NCBI GenBank assembly: GCA_036172245.1
Contig: JAYWIR010000098.1
Span: forward strand, 62,001-126,000
Direction: 5' to 3'
DNA length: 64,000 nucleotides
Source of the DNA: Raillietiella orientalis
Taxonomy: Eukaryota
A model generated the notes under the pieces. It was not told the DNA's origin. It did not search any database and saw only the letters and a list, made by a program, of their open reading frames with translations. A program made the translations under genes and the position numbers. Shown here in pieces: positions 24,060 to 37,331 of the stretch. How positions within the stretch are numbered: position 1 is the stretch's first letter; every line of letters begins with the position of its first letter.

Positions 24060-27000
24060 GTTCACACCCGGATGTGCCGGGGCATTTATTTCTTAGAAAT
24101 AAAATAACAGAAAAAATCTCGCGTGGCGAACCCGAAGGTTCACCACTCCAAAACAGCTTGCTGGTCAACGGCTCCGTGCCGGAGAGGTCCTTCCGATGCG
24201 CGGCGATGGGAAATAAACAAAAACAAAAAGAAACAAAAAGTTCAAATGTAGGGGGGAACAAATGTTGTAGGGGTGGGAGGGCGGGGAAGGGATCACGGTG
24301 CGCGTGGAGAGGTCCTCTAGATCCTATTCAGGATCCGCACAACCTGAGTCCTTTCAGCGCCTAAGTGGCGCCACTTGCAGACACTTCGCGCGAAAACGCG
24401 AGTCCAGTGTAAGGCGTTGCCGGTTGGCTGACGCCTTCTTCTGGTGGCGTTCCAAGCCGCCACTATTCCTCTGATGCAGCAGAGGACTGCTAAACTAGCG
24501 GGCGGGGACAAGGCGTCACTACAGAAGAGGCGCCTGAAAACGTCCTTTGGGCCGCATCCGCGCAAGTCCAGGATCGCCGCGAGACGATCCCATAAAGGGC
24601 GGATGGCACTGCACTCGATGAGAAGGTGGGGGAAGGTCTGTTTTTCCCCGCACCGGTCACAATAAGGATCCACAGCCCCCCGGGTTGTGTGATGAAGGCG
24701 TGCTTTGAATGGAAGTCCCCAGAGGACCACAAGCAACGCCACATCCTGCCATTTCAGGGGGAGGGATGTACTGTTCCAGGACGCTGGGGGCTACTTCATC
24801 TCCTCCGGAGATAGTCCGAGTAGCTCGCCCCAGCGTCGAATTCCGTTGAGCGGGACACTCGGCGTCGCAGCGTCAGCTAGCTGCCGACATATCCACGCCT
24901 TTATCGATTGTGTCCTGCCGCCTATAGTGCAGGACACGGTCCATTTCACCTGCTTGCTACTGTCCCTGGCATTCACAAGGAAGGGCAGCACTGGGGCAAG
25001 GGGGGTTATCAAAGCCCACAGAAGCTTGTCGTGGGACTGCACGATCTCCTGCAGCGTCCAGCGGGCGTGCCTTTTCATACAAGTGTTCCTTGTGCCCGCC
25101 GGAACGTGGATCTTTTCCCAGGTGGAGACTGACTCGTGCAACCAGGCGGAGTAGTTCCCTGGGAGGCAGGAGATCCAGGCGTTCTCCCGAACCGCAACAA
25201 AGATGCTTCGCAGCATACAGCCACAGTATGGTCTTCTGCAGACGCGCGCAGACAGAAACGACAAAAGTCCGCTGATTCCGCAGGCTCGTTGGGCCAGGAG
25301 GCGTGCTGGAACGCACCAAGGCGTGTCCCACAATTCTGCCGCAAGGGCGAGAGTCCTGAATCGAAGTTGTATTTCGATGCGCTCCAGCGTAAGTAAGCCC
25401 AGTTCACCGTCCTTACGTGGAGCGCACAAGTCTTTGAGCCTCACACGGGACCTCCCTTTGCCCCAAAGGACTGTCCTCAGGAGGCATGCTGCTCGTTTCC
25501 GAATAAAATAAGGGGCGTGACAAACAAAAAGTAGGGAGCGAAGGAGCTGAGCCGCAAACGCGTTCCACACCGCGGCCCGTTCCTGCAAGTAGAACTTGCC
25601 TTCTAGGAACGGACCGATCGCCAACGCTGCCTTTTGGAGACGGTCGGACCAGGCTTCTGCTGCGCAGAGGTCCCCCAAAGGGTATGCCAAGGTACTTGAA
25701 GCACCTGCCCGTGGGGATCCCCAAGCGGATCCAGTCCGACCGTCCAGCCCACGCCGAACCGACGAAGACCATGGACGACTTCGCCATGTTCACCTCCAGG
25801 CCCGTCGCGCGGCGCAGCAACTCGAAGAAGTCCTCGAGTGCACTCGCCGGGGTGGACCCGGGAAGCAGCAGCAGAAGATCGTATGCATAGGCCGACACGG
25901 CAGGCGTGCCGGCACTCGAGCTCGGCAGGGTTGCCAGAGTTACCCTGTATGCCCTCAGCACCAACTCGAAGTAGATGCTGAAGAGCAAGGGGCTCAAGCT
26001 GTCACCCTGCCGGATGCCGCGGCGTACGGGCACGCCGTACACGTGCCTGCCGCTGAAACCGATATTGATTGACGCGTTGCGCCAGCAGGAGCGCAGGTAA
26101 GATTGAAGCACGGCAGGGAAACCCATGCGTTCCAGGAGCTCCAGAAGGAGATCCTGGTCGACGCAGTCGAATGCTTTGTGCAAATCGACCGCGACGTCAA
26201 AGGCTCCCGCCGAGTCCATCCCACCCTCTGCTTGATCTTCTTGGTCAGAGGGGGACGCGAGGCTCCCTTGACCGTCATGTGCAACGCGTTGTCGCAACTA
26301 CCACCATGAGCTGGCGAGGAGCAGGTTGGCCTCCATGGTTCGTCGGGGAACAGCATAGGTCTGCTTGGTACTCACCACGAAAGCGGCCACCCGCCCCAAA
26401 CGCTCAGCCCACAACTTGGCATACAACTTTGCGTCCGCATTCACTACTGTGATGGGACGCCAGTTGCCAATGTTGCGTAAGTCTCTTGACTTCGGCAGGA
26501 GACGTACTTTAGCTGAACGGAACGAGGCGGGAACTTCGCCGTGTTCGCGGATCAGCGCATTTAACCTGAGCACCAGGTGGGCCAGCTCTGGCGCGAAGCG
26601 ATGGTAAAACTCCGCGGGCAGGCCGTCCTCCCCTGGTGCCTTCCTTCTCTTGAGCCTGTTGATGGCGGAGATGATCTCCGCCATCGTGAACGGTTCCGCC
26701 AATCTGGAACGCTCCTCCTCCTTGAGCGCGGGAGCGCCATCCGGCAGCAGGCGCTGCGCGAAATGGCGCTCAGGTGATAGTGACGCGTACAAGGAGGAAT
26801 AAAACTCCCGCACGATGCGGCTTACCTGGGCTGGGCTGGAGCGTTCTTCGCCCTGATGATCCAGCAGGCAGGCCGAGCCTGACTGCCAGGCCTGCCTCTC
26901 CGCCTCAGCCTTGAATTCAGCCAGGCGACGGACGTCGGGACGCCGGGAATAACGGCGCGCCTGGAGGTACGCCCGCTCGTTCCTGACACCCTCACCGAAG

Positions 27001-27821
27001 CCCGGCGGAAGACGTTCCAGGGGAAACTGGTCGCAAAACTTACGGACTGAGCACTTCATTTCGTCCCAGTCCGCGAGCGTCTGAAGCTGGAATCCTCGCA
27101 AAAAACAGCGTAGATGTTCCGCCGCTCCTGCGAGGCGCAACCAATCCCCTGGCAGGCGCCATGTTTTCAGGGGAGGGCCCTTATTGCGCGGATGTAACTC
27201 GAGCACGAGCCGTGGATGGTCGGACAGCTCTGCCGGGAGCGTTCCTCGAGTTCCCACCCGCGTGCACAGGTGGTTGTCGAGGAACATGTGGTCGATGTTC
27301 CGATCTCTCCCGGCATCGCCGGCCAACAAGTCGCGCGCATGCATGGCTGCGCACAACTCGTTGACCAGCTGTGCTCGTCCGCTGGGCGCACCTGCCAGCA
27401 GGCGGAGATTGAAATCGCCCGCAATGAGGTGCGCCCTTCGCACGCCTGCTTCGGCCAGCCAGTATCGCCGCAAGGTTTCGAAGAACGCAGTGCGTTCCTC
27501 GGCCCTGTGGCTGCTCACCGGAGCGTACAGGTTCGTGACTACGAGGTCCATCGAGTCGGACCACTTGAACACAAGCTGCCCAACTCGACCATCCCCGTCG
27601 AACCGTGCACTGCGCAGTGAGTTGTCGACGGTTGGCTTTAGCAGAAAGGCCACTCCGCATGAGTTGTCCGTTCCGTTCCTCCACAGTAGCCGCCCTCCCG
27701 CGATTCTTTCGATTTCCTGGACATCTCCCGGTCGGAGAACGTGCGTCTCTTGCAGGAGCACCAGGTTGAAGTCTCGCAGTATGGCGGCTACATCTCGCCT
27801 CTTTCCGCCGTCGCGCAACCC
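24060..27821 (-). mobile_element. Family-A LINE from the endonuclease start to the 3' end (no ORF1)
   Basis: Endonuclease and RT motifs in 26298-27821, RQGDSLSPLLF, CDRCGEKQTFPHLLIEC, and a terminal hairpin at 24061-24090. Confidence 0.9.
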
Positions 27822-30800
27822 GACGCGGTCAAATGCTTTAAGGAAATCCACTGCTACTGCCAAGGCTCCCGGCATTTCTCCCGTCCGTCCGCACTTGCGG
27901 TCGCATTCGGCAGAAGGTCTCGCCTTTCTTCGGCTGTCCGCCGCAATGCGCTCTTGCAGATGAAACCAGGTGCGCGCGAAAAGAAGGTTCGCATCCATGG
28001 ATCTACCCGGTAAAGCGTAAGACTGCTCCGTGCTTACCACGGAATCCGCGACTTTCACTAGGCGCGTGACCCACAGCTTCGAAAACAACTTGACGTTTGT
28101 ATTCACTAACGTGATCGGACGCCAGTTGCTGAGTTGGCGCAGATCTCCTCCTCTCGGATGCAGACGCACTCTTGCTGAGCGGAAGGAAGAAGGGACATCG
28201 CCCGTCACTCTCATCAGCGTCGAGAGTATGAGCATCAGTGGGGCGAGTTCCGCCCCGAAGCTCTGATGAAACTCCGCGGGCAGCCCGTCCTCACCTGGCT
28301 TCTCCCGTTTCTTGAGTCCTGCGATGGCGGAAGAGACTTCCTCTAACGAGAAGGGCTCGTCAAGACGGGCGCGTTCCACCTCGCCGATGCAGTGTGCACC
28401 TCGCGGCAAAAGCATTTCCTAGAGGATTCTCTCCGTCGGGGATTTTGCGTAGAGCAAGATGAAGTGACGCTCCAGTGTTCGCCGTACTTGGGCAGGAGCC
28501 GTGCATTCCCGGCTTTGGACCTCGAGCAGAATAGCCGCTTGAGACTGCCAGACCTGGCGCTCAGCCCTCGCCTTGTACTCTGCGAGGTGCCGGACTTCCG
28601 CACGTCTAGAGAAGGTGCGCGCCTGCAGAAATTCTTTGCTATTGGCCACGCCTTCTCTAAAGCCGCGCGGTAAGAGGTGCAGGGCAACCGGTCGCAAAAT
28701 TCGGGAACCGATCTTTTAAGATGGTCCCAGTCTGCGAGCTGCCAGATGGTAAAGCCGCGAAGGAACTAGCGAAGATGTTCCTCCGCCTCAGGATGACTGA
28801 GCTAATCCGCTGGCATCCTTCGAACATTGTTCGAAGGTCCCTTGCCCGGCCAAAGTAGCTCGAACTTCAGCCTATCATGGTCCGATAACGTGGACGACAC
28901 CCTGCCTCTCCTTTCCACTAGTGAGAGTAGGTGTTCATCGAGGTAGAAGTGATCCACGCACCTTGCCATTCCAGACTTGCAAGCTTGCAAGTTACGCGCG
29001 TGCACCGACGTGCATGCCTCTTCCACCCGTGACTGTTCCGCCAGTGACCTCGTCTCGTTGGTAAGCAGGTTGACGTTGCAGTCCCCTGCGACGAGATGTG
29101 CCACTCTGGCTCCGGAGTTCCTGAGCCATTGGCTATCCAGCACATTGAAGAACTCGATACTTTCGGCGCCCCGATGAAAGCCGCTAAGCGCGTAGACGTT
29201 CGTCAGGACGAGGTCGATTGAATCTCACCACTTGAGTACAAGTTGGCCTAATCGCCCTTCCTGGTCGAATCGAACGCTGCGCACCGCTCCCGCCATCCTA
29301 CTATTAACTAGAAACCCGACTCCGCACGATTGTGCGGAACCTTCTCGCCAGTGAAATTTGCCTCCCGCGCGCTGTTCAATTTTGGCAGACTCCGCGTCCG
29401 AGATGTAATGCATCTCCTGAAGGATCGGCAAGTCGAAATGTCGCAGGGTGTCTGAAGCGCCGCGCTTCTTACCGTCCCTTCGCAGCCCGTTCACGTTCCA
29501 ACAGGCTACGCTGAACCGACGAAGAGAGGCGACTTCCTGCATTAAGGCTGGGTAGGTGAGCACAGGTCTCTCGCCTTGTCCGGCGAGTGGTTACGAGACA
29601 GAACGGAAGATCTTGGAGACTGGAAATCTCCATTCGAAGCCGCGTTGCTTGTTGCCGGTAGCTCAGAGGTGAGGCCCATTCCCTCCTCTTTGCTCCCCGC
29701 CTCTTCGGCAACCACGCGTTTGCGGGTCTTCGGGAGGCGATTAAGAGGTTTCGGGCGGTTTTCGCGCTGTGTGCTTATTCTGTCGTACTCTGGATCGGAA
29801 TTCGACAGTGGAACGCTTGTCAGGCGCTGCTTCTGTTTCCCGGAATTGGGGAAATCATTTGATGCCTGTTGCTTAGCGCTTTCTGCTGCTGCGGCTGGGA
29901 CTTTCGTCCTTTAAGCCGCAGCAGCAGCTTCTTGGTCCATTTGCGAGAGGACGACTGCACAGGAGGAAAAGAATGCAATCTCGTATGGGGATGGTTTCGC
30001 GGGTTTCTTTCGCCCACTCACCTTCACACAGAGCTGCGAGGACCTTGACGGTTTCTTTTTAATAACCTTTCTCACCTGTATCCAGCCGTCTTCCTCCGCG
30101 TCGCAGTTATGTTTGCCCTCCTGAGATGCCGCTTCGTCCGCGGATGTAAGAGGCGCTGCCTTGGCTGCCTTTTGAAGTGCTGCCTCCGCTCAGGCGTAAG
30201 CGACTCTCTTATCGATCGCAAGACGCGCTGCCTCTTGCAGATGGGAGGATTTGCGCTTTGCCTTTGCGACCGCTGGGGCCGCTGCTGTAGCGGATGTGCT
30301 CGCCGTAGCAGTTTCTTCCTTGGCCGCAGTAGGCGCTGCGTCCCTTCGCGAGTGTTGCGGGTTTGCCGGCTGTTTCTTCGCGGCACTGGGCTCCTGGGGC
30401 ACCTTGGCCGCAGTAGGTTTAGCCGGCACGGATTTCTTTGCCCGCGTGCGCGATTTTCCCGTATCGGGCGAGCGACCGCATTCCTCGCCACTTGCTGTGG
30501 CCTTGATAGGAGGCTTCGCGGTCGCGATGCCGACAGTGGGAGGCTTCTTGCTCTTCATCGCACTCTCTCCTGCTTTGAAAAATTCGCTGCGACGTCTCGG
30601 TGGAAGTTCGCATTCTTCGCGAGTTTCCTTTGGCTCAGTAGCCTGAGGCTTCGCCGCGACGCGTTTTTTTATGTTTTCCTCCCCTTTTTTGTGGAGGGGA
30701 GAAAGAGTTTTCTGAGCATGCGCGCTCGCGGTTTTCGCAACGCTCTCCGAAGTTTTGAGGTTTTTTCCCTCGATTCGCGGTGTTTATTTCGCGATGCGAT

Positions 30801-31630
30801 ACGCGCTTCGTTCTTTCGCTTTTCGTTTTTTAAAAGGAGCTCCGAACACGTTTCTTTTGTGTGCCCGGTCTTGTGACATTGACGGCAAGCGGCAGAGGGA
30901 CACATTGTAAGGCGATGACCCCCCTGCCCGCATTCCGCGCACACAAGCGTTTGCCCCGCAAAACACAGGCGGACGGTCATTCCATCCACCTGCGGTCGCG
31001 TGGGCAATGCTCGGCGATCCGCCATCGTCACTCGCACTTGCGCGAGCCCGCTTTGATGGTCTTCGAAACCCTCAGCAGGGTTTGGCAACCTTTAAAGAGC
31101 GTGAACGGAGGCGAATTTTTCAAGGGCTTCCAAGACCTGGCAGTCCAAAAGACCCTTGTTCACTCCACTTTGCCGGACAACGAACGACTGATCCGCAGTG
31201 GTGGCGAGCGTGTGCAGCAAATGCTGCGTGAGGAGAGCGTCCTTACTGGACATCTCTTAGTAGCCGCACCAACTCGTGGGAATGATGGTCTCCAGCTGGC
31301 CTTTCTGAACTCCGATCCGTTGGAGTTCCTGGCCGAACTCACGCCCAACCCTCTCAGGCATAAGAACACTTACCTTATACCTGAGTGCAGGCGTGTAGCC
31401 ATTTGCTACATACGCCTGCAGTTAAGGGCTGTCGGGCGAAGGTCTTATTGAAGCCGCAAGGACAGCAAACTGGGCGAACGTTTTCGCCATTTGCGAGGAC
31501 AGTGGCTCCTTGTTGGCAGCCGAAACCGCCATCTCAGGAGCAAGTACTATTCCCTTCTTGCGGCTGATGTTCCCCTTTGCTCCCATTGCAGCACACAAGC
31601 ACAGCAGAACAAAAACACACAAGAGTCAGC
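27822..31630 (-). mobile_element. Divergent family-A LINE 5' portion (ORF1, endonuclease, RT up to KAFD)
   Basis: CAECGQGGHRLTMC and CRQCHKTGHTKETC knuckles, CWNVNG, LSDH and WRPIT. Ends at 'DFLKAFDR'. Confidence 0.88.
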
Positions 31631-31659
31631 CTATTGCGGAGCGACGCAAAAGCACGTAC

Positions 31660-33960
31660 GTACGCGACTGGCGCTGATGCGGGAGACGGGAGATGCTCCC
31701 GCTAATTTCCGCTCAGCAAAGATGCGGCTCCTGCCGAAAGGCGGGGATTTGCGCCACCTCAGCAACTGTCGTCTGATCACCTTGGTGAATTCGGACATCA
31801 ATTTGTTCTGGAAGCTATGGGTTGCGCGGCTGCGGCGAATCGCGAAGTCCTTGGTAAGTCCGGAGCAGACTTTTGCTGTACCGGGGCGGACCATGGACGC
31901 GAATCTCTTCTTCGTGCGAACTTGGTTCGAGTTGCAGCAGCGCGTTGCTCAGGAGAGCCAAGCAGCCGAAATCGCAGCTTACAGAGGTAAGCGGCAGTGT
32001 TCAAGGCACGATGGAACGCCGAGGGCCTTAGTGGTAGCCGTCGAACTCTGCAAATCGTTCGACAGCGTAAACCAGAACCTCCTTCTGGAGATTCTGGGAC
32101 GCCTAGGTCTCCCTACGCATCTCATCGCCTACACGCGCTCCTGCTGGCGCCACGCGTTATGCTGTATCTCTTTCAGCGGCCGCCAAGTGTACGGCGTTGT
32201 CATACGGTTGGGTCTCACGCAGGGAGACAGCATAAGCCCCCGGCTCTTCAGCATCTTCTTTGAGTTGGTGCTGAGGGCGTACAGTCTGACGCTGGCCAAC
32301 CTAACGTGGCCTCCTATGCTGACGACCTTTTATTGTTGTTGCTTGTCTAAGGATTTCCACGGACAGGTGCTTTAAGTATCTCGGCGTTCCCTTGTGCGCC
32401 TTCTGTCCATCAGAAGCGTGGTCGGACAGCCTTCACGAGGCCGAGACTGCTCTGGGTTGGTTACAAGGCGTCAGGTTCCTCCTGTCGGAACGGGCCTTCG
32501 TATGGAACATTTTCGTTGCCCCTCTTCTTCGTGCCCTCTTTTTTGTTTGTCCCCCTCCCTACTAAACTAAGCGTAGGGCGCAACGCCATTTGGAAAACGC
32601 CTTGTGAGGACCGGCAAGGTCTAGGATACGCCTCAAGGACTTGGCGGCTCCTCGGCGGGATGCAGGATTGGCCATCCTGACGCTGGAGCGGATCGGACTG
32701 CTCGTGCATTTCCGCATGCTGGCACTTTGCGCCCAGCTATAGACTACTCCCTGGTGTGCTCCAGCGCGGCTGCTGCTACGGCGCTGCACGGCTGGCGACG
32801 GACTGCGTTCGTTGCATCTGCGCACGGAGTGCGCCCAGAGAGGATTCGGCTTCCCGCAGAAGCAGCTCTCCTCCCTGCTGGGAAAACATGCTTGGATCTC
32901 CTGCCGGCCGACGAACTTCGACGCCTGGAGGCAGTAAGCCTTATCGTCCTGGGCAGCGCATCAGGATGTGTCCCGTTTGGAACTCCGTTGCGTGAACCTT
33001 TAAACATACTGTCCAGTGGGGGAGTTGCTTGAAGACCAGGAACAGTGGACACGTGTAGCCGCTACGCCCCTCGCCGAAGCACTGTTTGCATTGATGGTGC
33101 GAGACGACAGTGATCTGCCGGCGAGGTAGGGGGGTCGCTTGCGAAATCGCAGGCGGAACCTGAATCCTGGGCGACTGGAGGACTAGCGGGGTGGCACACG
33201 CTGCCACGCCTCGACTCCGTGGCAAGGGACTTCTCCAGTAAAGCAAGCCCCTCGGGGTGCTCACTGATGAAATTGTGGAACCTTCTGCGTGTTTATACGC
33301 GACTGTCGTCCCCTTTCGGTGAAAACATGACGCATTTCTGCTGGTGCATTGGGGTTTGTACTGCAAGCAGCGCACGCACCTGGTTTTCTTAAGAGTTGCG
33401 TTCTTGAACTGTGTCAAATGCGGAGCGGTGGAATCGCTTCCGCATTTGCTGTTTGAATGCTAGCCCTCCAGTAGCTGTGGAGGCGGATGTCCTCAGAGCT
33501 ACATCATCCCTGACACACCATAATGGATTGAATGTGCCTCTCCTTTAGGCTTGGCGGTCTTTCTCTGGGAGCGGTCGTCGCAATCATCTGCTGTGTCCGC
33601 GCGATTGTCAAGGCCCGCCACGTATTGCAGATGCGAGCAGTCCCAACATCGGTCCCCTACACCGCAGCCTACAACCTGCAAATGGCTGCCGGGTGGCCAC
33701 ACTTTGGAGCAGAAGTAAGGACGGAGATCGGCGGCATTCACCGCCGGTTCTGAGAATAAAAACGGCTGGACTATAGAACCCTATTCCCACCCTCCCACCC
33801 AATTTATTTATTTCTTGTCCCCTCCCTCTCGTTCCGAACTCTCAGTGTTACCGGCCTGCGTGCCGGGGAGTCTAATCCCAATCTTTTGTTTCCCTTGCCT
33901 AGAAACACAGTTCCCAGATGTTTTTATCAACAAACTTCCCGGCGCAACCGGGTAATAAAC
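31660..33960 (+). mobile_element. Heavily decayed 5'-truncated family-A LINE (RT to 3' end)
   Basis: LLPKGGDLR, TQGDSISP, and terminal cccggcgcaaccgggtaataaa. Confidence 0.82.
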
Positions 33961-35092
33961 GATAACCGTGCATTCCTCAATCTTCTCGCTTGCCTGCTGT
34001 TTTTTCTGGCGGTACGCGAGGTTTTTCTTCAATCTTCTCTCCTTTTGGCTCTTTTTGTCCGTTCTTACCTGCCACCCAGGCTTCTGGCCGGATCCTTCGA
34101 CTTTTTTGGCGTTGTTTGCCGGGGTCTCGGGTGCGTTCTGGGCCTTGGGAGCGGGTGGCACAGCGTTCGCGGCAGCTTTCGCCGCCAGCCTTTTCTGCAG
34201 CAGCCCGCCGCGTTTTTTCAGGTTTCTTTTGGAAGCCAGCTGCACTGCTTCTTTTGGGCACACCTCCCTCTTGTGACTCATTGTGCCGCATACTTGGCAC
34301 TTCACGTTGCGGCACCTTATTTTCAGGTGGCCCGACGTATTGCAGAAGCCGCAGTATTTCGGCTTCCCCACATGCCATAGGTCCACGGTTTCGCTATCGA
34401 CCACCATTTTGTAAGGATGAGTGCAGCCCTTTCGTACGGTCACGTGTGCAGCCGTGAGGCCGTTCTGAAGCCTTGTGTAGTCCTCATAAGGACTAACTTC
34501 CGTCCACTGCGCGTGGACCGTACCGTATTGCTCCGACGCGCCGCGAACCTGTTCCTACCGCATCCGCGCTGTCACGCCTAATAGGTGGACCACCATGCTG
34601 CGGTCCGCCGTAATAGGGAGGAGCCTGCGCGTCCCCATCACCACGGGGGTTTTAAGCAGTCGTTGGGCCAGCTCTGCTTGTTTGCAAATGAGCTCAACGT
34701 ACTGACCCGCACTGCGGATGGTCATAGCGCTGAGCTCCTCCTCTTTCACATCGAGAGCGCGCATCCCTTTCGAGAAGGCGCGCGCGCTCTCTAAAGAATA
34801 TAGATTGCCTACCTTGTAGAAAAGCGAAGGGTTATACCCCTCTTCTACATAGGCCAACAATTAAGCCGCAACTGCAAACGATGGCGCTGACACGACGGCG
34901 CTCCATGCCCGCGCTGCAGCGGGAACCGATTCTGTGGGGGCGCATGCCCCCACCTCCATCGTCTCTGAAGGCGACGTTGCTGCCGCCCCCTAACTCTTCA
35001 TCGCCACTGGGGGCGGCGTTGCCGCTGCCCCTTGACCATTCCTGGTGGTCGCGTCAGGCATCGCTGCTTGATCGACTACGGAACCATACGAC
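33961..35092 (-). mobile_element. ORF1 fragment closely related to ~8510-9640
   Basis: YVEEGYNPSLFYKVGNLYSLESARAFSK and CGFCNTSGHLKIRC. Confidence 0.88.
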
Positions 35093-36806
35093 GTGGTGCC
35101 AGTTGGTGCGGCGTGGGCAGTGCAGCAGGACTGGGTCCGTTTGATGATCCCCACGGCGAGGTACCTTAGGTACCTTGGTGTGCTGTTTGGGGACTATTCC
35201 CCTTTGGATGCGTGGTCAGGCTGCCTCCAAAAAGTTGAGACGGCGATCAGCCCGTTCCAGGAAGACAAGTTTCTCCTTCCGGAATGGGCCGCGGTGTGGA
35301 ACGCGTTCGCAGCTCCCATCCTCCGCCTCCTGCTTTTTGTTTGTCACGTCTCCCAGGTGCTGAAGAAACGGACGAAGGACCTCCTAAGAATTGCCCTTTG
35401 GGGAAGAGGGAGGCCTCGATTCCTGTTGAAAAACTTGAGTGCTCCGCGTGGAGATGGCGATTTCGGCCTCTTAAAAGTGCTGCGAGTAGAGACTCAGCTG
35501 GGATGGCGCACCCTCGCTATCGCAGCGAAGTTATGGAGCACCCCAAGGTGCGTTCCGGCCCGACTGCTTTCCAGCCGTTTATCCGGGACGGAGAGTCTCG
35601 CGTCTCATCTTCTGTGCCGTGGCTCGAAGTTCAAGAGTTGCAGACTTCTCCTGGGACGCTGGCAACTCTGGCTAAGGAGAACAACTGGATAGTATGCAGC
35701 CCCGTCAACTTTTCCGCATGGCTTAAGGAGACGGCTGGCACTTGGGCTTAGATAAACCAGAGGAGTGAAGGTCCCATGAATTGTCTGCGTGTCGGCCCAT
35801 ACGTCCGCCGCACCCTGCGGGAAATACTTTTATTTTCCGCAAGTTGCTACTGAGCGGATACGATCCCCGTTGCTACGGCGATGCCCTACCTCCGAAGGGC
35901 GCTTCCCGGCAGCCAAAAGCCGAGGTGTCAAGTCTCCTGCCGAATCGCAGACAGGGAGATGTTAAGCGGCCGGACCTTAGGAGAACTGGCGGACGCCACG
36001 ACACCGAGCGTGCAGCCGAGAGGACTTTTGCGATGAGGCGAGCTGCTCGCCATCCCCATGGATGTGCTAAAGTGGCCCCCAGTGTTGTTGGTATCGAGGA
36101 TCCTGCCCCTTAAGTGGCAAGAATCGGCGCTGCTACTGTTGCATTGGGGTTTACGCTGCAACGCACGCCGCTTTTACTGAACAAGGGGAGCGCTGGATCC
36201 TCAGTGTGCCAGGTGCGGAGAGCGGGAATCGCTCTCCCACCTACTTGTTGACTGTGTTGCCCTTTGACCCCACTGGGAACGGTTTGGGACGACCCTTGGC
36301 CTCCCGGTGTGGAGCCAACCCAAAGACGTTCTCCGCCATCTCTTCGTGAGGGACGCCCTTTAGCCATTTGCATCCGTGGCAGCACTCTGCTGTATCCGAT
36401 GCATCGTGGCTGCCTGGAGAGATACCTGCGGCAAAGGAGTGGATTCAACCGCGATGGCTGTCATCCTGTATGCTGTTTGCTTCCTGCGGAGAGCTATTGG
36501 ATGGCCCCAGCTGGGAAACTTCAAGAAGGACCTCGAGGGTATCCTGATAAGGATGGACCCTCCTCCCAGTGGACTGTGATCCCTTCTTTTCCCCAAAAAA
36601 ACTCTATTTTTTTTGTTTTTGTTCACTGTTTCATTTTTCTTCTTGTTTTATCCCTCATCCCCCTCCACTGCCGAGGAGAGTCACACCGGGCTGCGTCCAG
36701 GTGTTTCGGCAGGACCGGTATTGCGTGGCCGTTAGTGTACCTTTTTCCACGTTCTGTACTGACAGATGAAGCGTTTTAATAAACGTCCCGGCGTACTTGG
36801 GTGACA
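35093..36806 (+). mobile_element. 3' part of a family-A LINE, same subfamily as 15424 and 17005
   Basis: Contains CARCGERESLSHLLVDC. The 3' UTR and end (aataaacgtcccggcgtacttgggtgaca) match 16962-16990. Confidence 0.88.
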
Positions 36807-37331
36807 TCACCAAATCCTTTCGGGAGACGATCCATGGGGAACTGCTGGCAGAACTATCGGACCGAGACTTTCAAATCGTCCCAGTTGTCGAGCGTCTGCA
36901 GGCTGAAACCTCGCAAGAGGCGCATCTTCGTTTTCGGAGGATTCCCCTTCCTCGGAGGAGACGATCCTCCTCTGGTTACGGATTTTCCATGCGGTCTTCC
37001 ATGGGGTTGCAGACACGGATGGTGCGTGTCCGGCCTCCGGGTCCGAGTCCGAGGTTCCGGTCCCCCTCCTTTGGGCCGGACGTCGAGCGGCCTTCTTCTC
37101 GCCCTTTGCGGGTGATTGCGGAACGGCGGCGGTGAGCTCCACGGCGGCTTTCGCAGAGTCCGCGCCAACGCGGCTTTCCCCCTCGCTGCAGCCCTCGGCT
37201 GCTGTTCGCACAGCGACGGGGCTGTCGGCGTTGTTGCACACGGCAACCGCCTGTTCGCACGTGACTTCGGCGTCTGTAAGGCGCTCCAGTGAGATCGTGC
37301 GTTTTTTCAGTCCATGCTTTTTCGCGGGTTT
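36807..37331 (-). mobile_element. Host LINE remnant: ORF1 C-terminus joined to the ORF2 linker (endonuclease deleted)
   Basis: The linker 'LRGFSLQTLDNWDDLKVSVR' (36854-36915) follows ORF1-like low-complexity sequence. ORF1 continues from 39991. Confidence 0.75.
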
